Shown: positions 15,501 to 23,002 of the stretch, piece by piece
How the letters are laid out: each line of letters opens with the position of its first letter
Position numbering within the stretch: the stretch's first letter is position 1
Origin: Candidatus Peregrinibacteria bacterium
Lineage (GTDB): Bacteria > Patescibacteriota > Gracilibacteria > UM-FILTER-43-11 > JACRIE01
Reading direction: 5' to 3'
NCBI GenBank assembly: GCA_016220165.1
Contig: JACRIE010000040.1
Coordinates: forward strand, 16,364-80,363
DNA: 64,000 nt
Position numbers and translations under genes: made by a program
The notes under the pieces: model-generated
What the model saw: the letters and a program-made list of their open reading frames with translations, nothing else
The model's database searches: none
What the model was told of the DNA's origin: nothing

Positions 15501-17895
15501 TCTTTACCACGGTGTCCGGGTTGAGCGAAATGCTGTCGATGCCTTCTTTAACAAGGAATTCGGCAAAATCCGGGAAATCGCTCGGCGCCTGGCCGCAGAT
15601 GCCGACTTTGCGTCCGTGCTTCTTGGCGACCCTGATCACGTTCCGGATAAGAGTTTTGACAGCCTCATTCCGTTCGCTGTAGATATGACTCACGAGCTCC
15701 GAATCGCGATCCACCCCGAGCGTCAATTGAGTGAGGTCGTTACTGCCGATAGAGAACCCGTCAAAAATCTTGCAGAACTCTTCGGCTAAAATAACGTTCG
15801 ATGGAATTTCGCACATCACATAAACCTCAAGGCCGTTCACGCCGCGCCTGAGACCGTTTTTAGCCATTTCCGTGAGCACTTTTTGGCCTTCTTCGACTGT
15901 GCGGCAGAAAGGAATCATCACTTTGACATTGGTGAGTCCCATCACTTCGCGCACTTTCCGCATGGCCTTGCATTCCAACGCGAATCCGGCGCGATACTTC
16001 GGATCGTAGTAGCGGCTCGCGCCTCGCCAGCCGATCATGGGGTTGTCTTCTTTGGGTTCAAAGGGCGCGCCGCCGATAAGGTTCGCGTATTCATTCGTCT
16101 TAAAATCGCTCATGCGGACGATCACCGGATTCGGATAAAACGCCGCGCCGATCATGGCAACGCCCTCCGCCAATTTATCCACAAAATAATCCGTTTTACG
16201 GCTGGCGGGATAATGCTCGGTCAGTTCGTCGATTTTATCTTTGGTCACGGGATCCGGGATCGTTGAATAATTGATCAAAGCGAGCGGATGGATCTTAATA
16301 TACGAATTAATAATAAATTCCTCGCGCGCGAGGCCGACCCCGGCATTGGGGATAAACGAAGTTTCAAAAGCGATCTCGGGGGAACCGATGTTCATCATGA
16401 TCGAGGTCTTCGGCATTTTAATATGCTTCAAGTCCGTCTTTTTAATCTCGAACGGTAGAATTCCTTCATAAATTTTGCCTTCTTCTCCTTCGCAGGCCAC
16501 GGTTATTTTTTGCCCTCTTTTGAGCGCTTTGGTTCCTTTCTCAGTTCCTACCACGCAGGGAATACCGAGCTCGCGGGAAATAATGGCCGCGTGGCACGTG
16601 CGGCCGCCGCGATTCGTCACAATGGCGGACGCGATTTTCATGATCGGTTCCCAGTCCGGATCCGTCATATCCGTCACGAGCACTTCGCCTTGCCTAAAAG
16701 CGCCGATTTGGGCGGCGTTTTCGATCACATGGGCTTTTCCAACGCCGATTCTGGCTCCGACAGGGGAACCCGTCACAAGCACCTTTCCTTTTTCTTTCAA
16801 TACATAAGTTTCCAAAACCGACAAATCCTTTCGGGATTGCACGGTTTCAGGGCGCGCCTGAACAATATAGAGCTGATTATCTTTGCCATCCTTGGCCCAT
16901 TCCATATCCATGGGCTTGAAATGCCCCGCTTCCTTAGTGTAGTGATCTTCGATAATAACGGCCCACTTCGCGAGTGTAAGAACTTCTTCATCCGTAACGC
17001 AAAAATGCTTTCTCAATTTCAAATCAACGGGCTGATTCCGGGTGGGGGACTTGCCCTCTTCATGGCTATACACCATGCGAAGCGATTTGCTCCCCAATTT
17101 TTTACTGATGATGGGTTTGAATCCTTGTTTGAGCGTCGGTTTGAAAACATAAAATTCATCCGTGTTGACCGCGCCCTGCACCACGTTCTCACCCAAGCCG
17201 TACGCGCCGGTAATAAGAACCGCGTCGCGGAACCCCGTTTCCGTATCGATCGAAAACATGACGCCGGAACAGGCGAGATCGGAACGAACCATCTTTTGGA
17301 CACCGATCGAAAGACCGATGGAAAAATGATCGAAATGTTTATCTACGCGATAGCTGATGGCGCGATTCGTAAAAAGCGACGCGAAGCAGTTTTTGCAGGC
17401 GCGGATCACAGCCGCGTCGCCGCGGATATTGAGATAGGTTTCCTGTTGTCCGGCAAACGACGCATCGGGGAGGTCTTCCGCCGTCGCGGAACTCCGAACC
17501 GCGACATCGCAATCCTTGCCGTACAATTTTTCCATCTTGTGATAAGACGCGATAATGGCTTGTTCTAGCTCTTTTGGAAAACTCGCGTTTCGGATCAATT
17601 CCCGGACTTGGCGGCCGCGCGTCGCCAGATTGTCCATATTTTTGGTATTCAGGTCGCTCAGAATTTTTTTGATCTGTTGCTTGATGCCCGCTTTTTCCAA
17701 TAAATAGTGATACGCGTAAGCGCTCACGGCAAAACCATTGGGGATCCGCACCCCTTTCCGAGTCAGCTTCTGGTACATCTCCCCTAGAGACGCGTTTTTG
17801 CCGCCCACAAGAGGGACGTCTTTAATGCCGAGTTCCTTAAACCAGAGGATGAACTTCTTGGTTCGATCCTCCTTTTTAAAAAGCTTGCTGAACAT
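15481..17895 (-). CDS. ppsA: phosphoenolpyruvate synthase (pyruvate, water dikinase)
   Basis: 804 aa. N-terminus ...VPLVGGKNASLGEMY...GVRIPNGFAVSAYAY, phospho-His region TNRGGRTCHAAIISRELGIPCVVG, and a C-terminal PEP-utilising TIM barrel (GSNDLTQLTLGVDRD). Confidence 0.92.
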   Translation of the reverse strand: MFSKLFKKEDRTKKFILWFKELGIKDVPLVGGKNASLGEMYQKLTRKGVRIPNGFAVSAYAYHYLLEKAGIKQQIKKILSDLNTKNMDNLATRGRQVRELIRNASFPKELEQAIIASYHKMEKLYGKDCDVAVRSSATAEDLPDASFAGQQETYLNIRGDAAVIRACKNCFASLFTNRAISYRVDKHFDHFSIGLSIGVQKMVRSDLACSGVMFSIDTETGFRDAVLITGAYGLGENVVQGAVNTDEFYVFKPTLKQGFKPIISKKLGSKSLRMVYSHEEGKSPTRNQPVDLKLRKHFCVTDEEVLTLAKWAVIIEDHYTKEAGHFKPMDMEWAKDGKDNQLYIVQARPETVQSRKDLSVLETYVLKEKGKVLVTGSPVGARIGVGKAHVIENAAQIGAFRQGEVLVTDMTDPDWEPIMKIASAIVTNRGGRTCHAAIISRELGIPCVVGTEKGTKALKRGQKITVACEGEEGKIYEGILPFEIKKTDLKHIKMPKTSIMMNIGSPEIAFETSFIPNAGVGLAREEFIINSYIKIHPLALINYSTIPDPVTKDKIDELTEHYPASRKTDYFVDKLAEGVAMIGAAFYPNPVIVRMSDFKTNEYANLIGGAPFEPKEDNPMIGWRGASRYYDPKYRAGFALECKAMRKVREVMGLTNVKVMIPFCRTVEEGQKVLTEMAKNGLRRGVNGLEVYVMCEIPSNVILAEEFCKIFDGFSIGSNDLTQLTLGVDRDSELVSHIYSERNEAVKTLIRNVIRVAKKHGRKVGICGQAPSDFPDFAEFLVKEGIDSISLNPDTVVKTILFLN

Positions 17896-17971
17896 ATTGG
17901 TTTGGGTTATTGGTATTTACCCAAAGGATACCTCAAAGCTTTTTTTGGATCAAGAAAATGCGGCGATTTTT

Positions 17972-20125
17972 CTAGTCTCCGCTATACGTCACCCAATTAT
18001 TCAACTCGATCATCTTCATTCGATAAATAGTTTCAGCCACTTCGGCGCGGGTCATGCCTTTCGCGGGCTCCAGGCGAGGATTATGATCCTCGCCTTCAGT
18101 AAGTGGCATCACGTTTTTCTTGTTGGCAAGAAATGCGTAGGACGCGAACCATGAATCCGTTGGGACATCTTCATAAGGCTTTACCTCTGGAGGAGCGGAA
18201 TCCATATTGTTCGTCTTAAAAAGGATTTTCAGGTATTCCGCCCGGGTCACGATTTGTGACGGTCGGAACGTGCCGTCGGCGTAGCCTCCGACAATATTCT
18301 TTTGAAGTGCCGTTGCCAAAAAAGACGCGTACCAATCGTTATTATTCGTATCCTTGAAATTCAAAGAGGCTCCCTTTTGGGCTTCAATATTAAAAGCAAG
18401 CATCAGCATCTTAAGGGCTTCGGCGCGATTCACGGTTTGATTGGGACGGAAACTTCCATCCGCGTATCCTCCTACGATTCCATTCTCTTTCAGAAATTTA
18501 ATCGATTTGAAATAGGGGTTCGTGGCGCTGATATCCACAAAAAGATTGCCGTTTTCACTGAAGAGTGGATTGCTTTCACCAATGAGCGCGCCGTTTTGCG
18601 CGCGAACCACAATCGTTTCGTCCGTCAGCGCAGTCATGAAAACAGACGCGGCTCCTTCCTTAAAATCTTTGAATTCCAATGCTTCCGGTTTAAAACGGGC
18701 TGAGCCTTGCTTGGCTGTCAATTGGATGATCCCTGTAAAATTATAAACGGGCGTCGGTTTTCCATTGGCGTCGATCGCCTTAATCACGAGCTCCTTGGGA
18801 ACCCCTTTAACGAAATGCCCGTCCTGCTCAATCTTAAAACCGGCAACCGGGTTCGCCTGCTCGATAAAGTTAACTTCATAAGCGCTTTTTCCGATCGTAA
18901 TCAAACTGCGGCCGAGCGTTTCACTGCGAACCGTGAATTGCGCCACGCGATTCACAAAATCGGACGATTTGAGATGTCGGTTACTCACGCGGGCGTCGCC
19001 TTCCACCTGGACATCGACCGTATCGTCAGACTTCCATTGTGAGACTTGATCCTTTTCATCCTCGATGTAGAGATTGATGCTACTCCCCAAAAGCGCGAAG
19101 TGTTCTCCGGTAATTTTAAAAACCGAAAGGTCAAGGGGGTTCGCCGCTTCCACAACCGATGAAGGAGAGGCGATCGGACTGGATTCCGGAGCAGCTGGTT
19201 CCGGAGTCACGCCTTGAGGAGCCACGGTTGTTTCTGAAGGCACTTCCTCGGTAGAAGCAATGCCGGAATAAACGGATTTCAGATATTTATCGAGATAGGG
19301 GAAAGGATCGATCGTATTTCTTTCAGCATTGTCTTTTCCGAGTCCGGCGCTCACCGCGTCAAAAAAACTGAGGCCGGCCTTTTGAGCTTCGTTCCAGGTG
19401 AAAGGCCAATAAGGATGCCAGGGGGCTGAATCGCGGTCGATTTGAAAGTGCAGATGAGGGGTCGTAGCCGTCCCTGTTTTGCCGCTGCGGCCGATCATAT
19501 CGCCCTTTTTCACATTCTGCCCTTCAACGACATTGACATCGCTCATGTGGGCATAAACGGAATAAAGAACAGCGGTCTGCCCGGGATAATCCGGATCCGG
19601 CGTATCCGGGTGACGGACGACGATATGATGGCCGAAACCGCTTTCCTGTACAGTCGACTTAATCACGCGACCGTTGGCAATGGCATAAATAGGCGTTCCT
19701 TCCGGAAGTTTTAAATCAACGGCCAGATGGCTTCCCGAATATTCTTCATGGTTGTTGTTATAAGCCGCCATGTAAACCACGGCGTAAGTGATTTTACTGT
19801 TACGGATTCGATCGCTTTCAGGGTCTTTCCAAAGCAATTTACTGTCCGGATAGCGCAAATCGGAAAGCGTGTAAGGCGGCAGATCGATCAGCTGATTTTC
19901 AGGAATCTTTTGATACGTCGGCATAGCGCTGCCGGTGACAAGAAATTTATTCCAATCCGGCACTTTTTGAACCGGATACGTGGTGCCGTTAAAAGGCTGT
20001 GGCGGCTCTAAAAGCGTTGCGCGAAACCATTCACTCGTTTTCTCCCCATAATAAACAATCACCAAAAAAAACAAAGTTCCTGTGATGAGTCCTGCGTATT
20101 TAAGGAGTTTTTTGTTTTTGAACAT
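17972..20125 (-). CDS. M23 family metallopeptidase with three C-terminal SLH domains
   Basis: M23 motifs: HLAVDLK..GTPIYAIANGRV, GHHIVVRH, YAHMSDV and GKTGTATTPHLHFQI. SLH repeats: ATNPYFKSIKFLKENGIVGGYADGSFRPNQTVNRAEAL, then two more. Started at MFKNKKLL (20125) so that it does not overlap recF. Confidence 0.85.
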   Translation of the reverse strand: MFKNKKLLKYAGLITGTLFFLVIVYYGEKTSEWFRATLLEPPQPFNGTTYPVQKVPDWNKFLVTGSAMPTYQKIPENQLIDLPPYTLSDLRYPDSKLLWKDPESDRIRNSKITYAVVYMAAYNNNHEEYSGSHLAVDLKLPEGTPIYAIANGRVIKSTVQESGFGHHIVVRHPDTPDPDYPGQTAVLYSVYAHMSDVNVVEGQNVKKGDMIGRSGKTGTATTPHLHFQIDRDSAPWHPYWPFTWNEAQKAGLSFFDAVSAGLGKDNAERNTIDPFPYLDKYLKSVYSGIASTEEVPSETTVAPQGVTPEPAAPESSPIASPSSVVEAANPLDLSVFKITGEHFALLGSSINLYIEDEKDQVSQWKSDDTVDVQVEGDARVSNRHLKSSDFVNRVAQFTVRSETLGRSLITIGKSAYEVNFIEQANPVAGFKIEQDGHFVKGVPKELVIKAIDANGKPTPVYNFTGIIQLTAKQGSARFKPEALEFKDFKEGAASVFMTALTDETIVVRAQNGALIGESNPLFSENGNLFVDISATNPYFKSIKFLKENGIVGGYADGSFRPNQTVNRAEALKMLMLAFNIEAQKGASLNFKDTNNNDWYASFLATALQKNIVGGYADGTFRPSQIVTRAEYLKILFKTNNMDSAPPEVKPYEDVPTDSWFASYAFLANKKNVMPLTEGEDHNPRLEPAKGMTRAEVAETIYRMKMIELNNWVTYSGD
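18070..18099. repeat. hairpin repeat family copy inside the M23/SLH peptidase gene
   Basis: ccAGGCGAGGAT-tatg-ATCCTCGCCTtcag. Read on the minus strand as TEGEDHNPRLEP. Confidence 0.8.
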
Positions 20126-20192
20126 AGTTGTTTTATACTCATCATGATTAATCTGAATATTATACCAATTTTTAAGCCAAAAATCAATCCTC

Positions 20193-21317
20193 ATGCGTCT
20201 TAAAACCCTGATCATTTCAGGATTTCGCAATCTGAAGCCTCTTAAACTCAATTTTTCAGACGAAAAAAACCTGAATGTCTTTATCGGAGCGAATGGACAG
20301 GGAAAAACTAATCTTTTGGAAGCAATTTACCTGTTGGCTTTCAGTAAATCGTTTCGAACCTCAGAGAATCAGGATTTGATCGGTTTCTCCGAAGACTTCT
20401 GCTCCGTGGAAGGGGAGTTCTCGGCAAAAACGAAAGAATCACCTGAAGGCGCGAATCGCGATTCGCGCCTTCAGGTGATTGTCACAAAAAATCCCCCGGA
20501 AAAAGGACTTAAAATCAACGGAGTCTCCAGTAGATCCGTAGACTTTATAGGACACCTTAAAGCGGTCTTTTTCAATCCGGATGACCTCGAGATGATCCAT
20601 GGCGCCCCTCGGCTCAGGCGACGATATCTGGATCTTCTTTTGCTTCAGCTGAACCATCGGTATCTCGTGGATCTAATGGACTACAACGCCTTAATAAAAC
20701 AACGCAATGCGCTGCTGCGTCAGATCAAGGCAGGGGAGAGTTCCGCCAACCATCTGAGCGTATGGGATGAAAAATGCGTGCCCCTGGGGTACAGCATCGT
20801 AAAACGGCGCCTGGAAGCCCTTTCTCAAATCAAAAAAAAGGTTCATCAATTTTACACTCAAATAAGTCAGACAAAAGAGGCAATCGATGTGGAATACCGA
20901 TTTTCCACAACGGATTTTCCGGCCAACGAACAGAAATTTGCCAGGATGATGCAGGATTCCCGGTCGCGGGACATTGAAATGCGTGCGACAACCATAGGAC
21001 CGCATCGCGACGATCTTCTATTCCTATTAGACAAAAAACCATTTCGAAATTTCGGTTCTCGCGGGCAATGGCGAAGTCTTGTATTGGCTTTAAAATTCAC
21101 GGAGATTGAATTGCTCCAGGAACAGTCAAAAACAGAACCGCTCCTCCTGCTGGACGATGTTTTTTCGGAGCTGGACGAATCGCACCAAAGACACCTCTTT
21201 GAAGCGGCCGTCGGAATTCAAACGCTGGTGACAACCACGCATGATTCCTTTTTGGACCTAATCAAGGACGAAAAATCAGTCTTTAAAGTTCAAAATGGGG
21301 CGATCACGATTCAATAG
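20193..21317 (+). CDS. recF: DNA replication and repair protein RecF
   Basis: MRLKTLIISGFRNLKPLKLNF...FIGANGQGKTNLLEAIYLLA (Walker A), GPHRDDL, GSRGQWRSLVLALK and LLLDDVFSELD. Confidence 0.92.
   Translation: MRLKTLIISGFRNLKPLKLNFSDEKNLNVFIGANGQGKTNLLEAIYLLAFSKSFRTSENQDLIGFSEDFCSVEGEFSAKTKESPEGANRDSRLQVIVTKNPPEKGLKINGVSSRSVDFIGHLKAVFFNPDDLEMIHGAPRLRRRYLDLLLLQLNHRYLVDLMDYNALIKQRNALLRQIKAGESSANHLSVWDEKCVPLGYSIVKRRLEALSQIKKKVHQFYTQISQTKEAIDVEYRFSTTDFPANEQKFARMMQDSRSRDIEMRATTIGPHRDDLLFLLDKKPFRNFGSRGQWRSLVLALKFTEIELLQEQSKTEPLLLLDDVFSELDESHQRHLFEAAVGIQTLVTTTHDSFLDLIKDEKSVFKVQNGAITIQ
20438..20477. repeat. perfect 40-bp palindrome inside recF (hairpin repeat family)
   Basis: tcacctgaaggcgcgaatcg / cgattcgcgccttcaggtga. 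Translated as SPEGANRDSRLQV. Confidence 0.9.
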
Positions 21318-21329
21318 GTTGAAAATAGC

Positions 21330-21357
21330 TTGCCTTTTTGTCAAAGAACGGTAAAAT
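21330..21357 (+). promoter_or_regulatory. promoter-like site for rpsA (TTGCCT-16-TAAAAT)
   Basis: The -35 is at 21330-21335 and the -10 at 21352-21357. This would give a leader of about 75 nt containing nested hairpins (atgcttt...aaagcat). Confidence 0.4.
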
Positions 21358-21436
21358 AATCATGCTTTTGTGACGTTTCCTGAGCAGAGGAAGCCAATCG
21401 AAAGCATTTCATTTTTTAACTTCTGCTCCTTTTTTT

Positions 21437-22732
21437 ATGTTTAAAATCATCGATTCCAACTTAACCATGGAAGACCTTTTGAAAGAGTCTTCTCCGCTCA
21501 TAAAGCCCCCCCTGGGAGCCGTAATCGAAGGAACAATCATCAGTAAAGCCAAAAACCAAATCATAGTGGATCTCAACGGCATCGCGGTCGGCCTCATCTC
21601 AGGCCGTGAAAGCCATGACAGCTTGGGCACTTCCCGGGATCTTAAAGAAGGCGATATCGTAAAGGCCGTCGTTGTGGAACGCGAAAACGCGGATGGAATG
21701 GTCGTTCTTTCCCTTCGTCGTGCCTCTCAGGCCAACACCTGGGATCGTTTCGAAAAAGCCTTTAAAGACGGCGAAGTAATCGAAGTCATGGTGAACGAAG
21801 CCAATAAGGGTGGCCTTTTGCTCGATTTGGACGGTATTAAGGGCTTCATTCCCGTTTCTCAGCTCGCTCCCGCTCACTACCCGCGCGTGGACGACGCCAA
21901 TGCCAACGAAATCTACAACCGTCTCCAAAAGCTTATCGGTCAGCGCTTCAAGGTAAAAGTGATCAGCATCGATCGCGAGGTCGGCAAAATGATTCTTTCC
22001 GAACGCGCCGCGCAGCATGTGATGTCCAAAAAAATCCTCTCCAAACTCCATGTGGGCGATGTAGTGGACGGCCAGATCAGCGGCGTGGTCAAATTCGGTA
22101 TTTTTGTCACGTTTGAAGGATTGGAAGGCCTCGTTCATATTTCAGAAATCGCGTGGGGACATGTCAGCAATCCTCATCAATATGGGAAAGTGGGAGATAC
22201 GGTCAAAATCCAGATCATTGGCATTGAGGGAGACAAATTGTCGCTCAGCATGAAACGTCTGACGCCTGATCCTTGGGAGGACATCGCCAAGCGCTATACC
22301 ATTGGTTCCCGCGTGAAAGGAACCATCGATCGCTTCTCTCAGTTCGGCGCCTTTGTGAAGCTTGGGGACGGACTGAACGGCCTCATTCATCTTTCCGAAA
22401 TTTCAGCGGACAAAGTGGAAGACCCGCGTGATTACGTAACTATCGGCGACGTTGTAGAAGCCGAAGTCATCAATATCGATCGCGAAGAGCATCGTATCGG
22501 CTTAAGCATTAAGGAGTTGAAATTATCCAAAAAAGCCAAAGCTGAAGCTGTTTCCGGAGAAAAAGTTCCCAAGGAAGAGAAAGAAATCAAAGAGACTCCT
22601 AAAAAAGCGAAAAAAGCCAAAGAGGCTGCCGAAGAAAAGTCTGAAAAAAACGAGGATTCTAAAAAAGAAAAAGCTCCGAAAAAGACGGTTAAAAAAACAG
22701 TCGCTAAAAAAGCGGAGAAGGCCGCGGAATGA
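21437..22732 (+). CDS. rpsA: 30S ribosomal protein S1 (four S1 domains and a Lys-rich tail)
   Basis: Repeated S1 OB-fold motifs: G.V.KAVV, GEVIEVMVNEANKGGLLLDLDGIKGFIP, GDVVDGQISGVVKFGIFV and GSRVKGTIDRFSQFGAFV. C-terminus is KKAK-rich. Confidence 0.88.
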   Translation: MFKIIDSNLTMEDLLKESSPLIKPPLGAVIEGTIISKAKNQIIVDLNGIAVGLISGRESHDSLGTSRDLKEGDIVKAVVVERENADGMVVLSLRRASQANTWDRFEKAFKDGEVIEVMVNEANKGGLLLDLDGIKGFIPVSQLAPAHYPRVDDANANEIYNRLQKLIGQRFKVKVISIDREVGKMILSERAAQHVMSKKILSKLHVGDVVDGQISGVVKFGIFVTFEGLEGLVHISEIAWGHVSNPHQYGKVGDTVKIQIIGIEGDKLSLSMKRLTPDPWEDIAKRYTIGSRVKGTIDRFSQFGAFVKLGDGLNGLIHLSEISADKVEDPRDYVTIGDVVEAEVINIDREEHRIGLSIKELKLSKKAKAEAVSGEKVPKEEKEIKETPKKAKKAKEAAEEKSEKNEDSKKEKAPKKTVKKTVAKKAEKAAE

Positions 22733-22753
22733 TAGCTTTGACTCCCTGTTTCC

Positions 22754-23002
22754 ATGAATCCGATTCGCACTTGTATTGCCTGTAGAACCCGAATTCCTCA
22801 ACAGGAATTGGTGCGTTTTGAGATAAAAGGGGGAAAAATAGAAATAAAAAATAAAGGGAAGGGGAGAGGCGCTTATCTTTGCCCGAAAACGTCGTGTCTC
22901 GAAAAGCTCTTAAAAAATCCTAAATTAATGAAACATTTTCTGCATGCTTCGACGCTTCCCGACGATTTAATCGCTCAATTAAAACAAGTGTGCACCCATT
23001 AA
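22754..23002 (+). CDS. ylxR: YlxR family (DUF448) RNA-binding protein
   Basis: RTCIACRTRIPQQELVRF......GRGAYLCP...C is the YlxR signature. Confidence 0.8.
   Translation: MNPIRTCIACRTRIPQQELVRFEIKGGKIEIKNKGKGRGAYLCPKTSCLEKLLKNPKLMKHFLHASTLPDDLIAQLKQVCTH

Noticed and set aside
16510-17568. A 352-aa plus-strand ORF antisense to ppsA. Similar long antisense ORFs occur at 11334-12158, 21599-22138, 25192-25701, 58633-59136 and 59293-59817.
   Set aside because: Each lies entirely inside a gene with strong family motifs or a much longer ORF on the other strand. Their products are low-complexity and Arg/Gly/His-rich with no motifs. These are typical shadow ORFs of mid-GC coding DNA.
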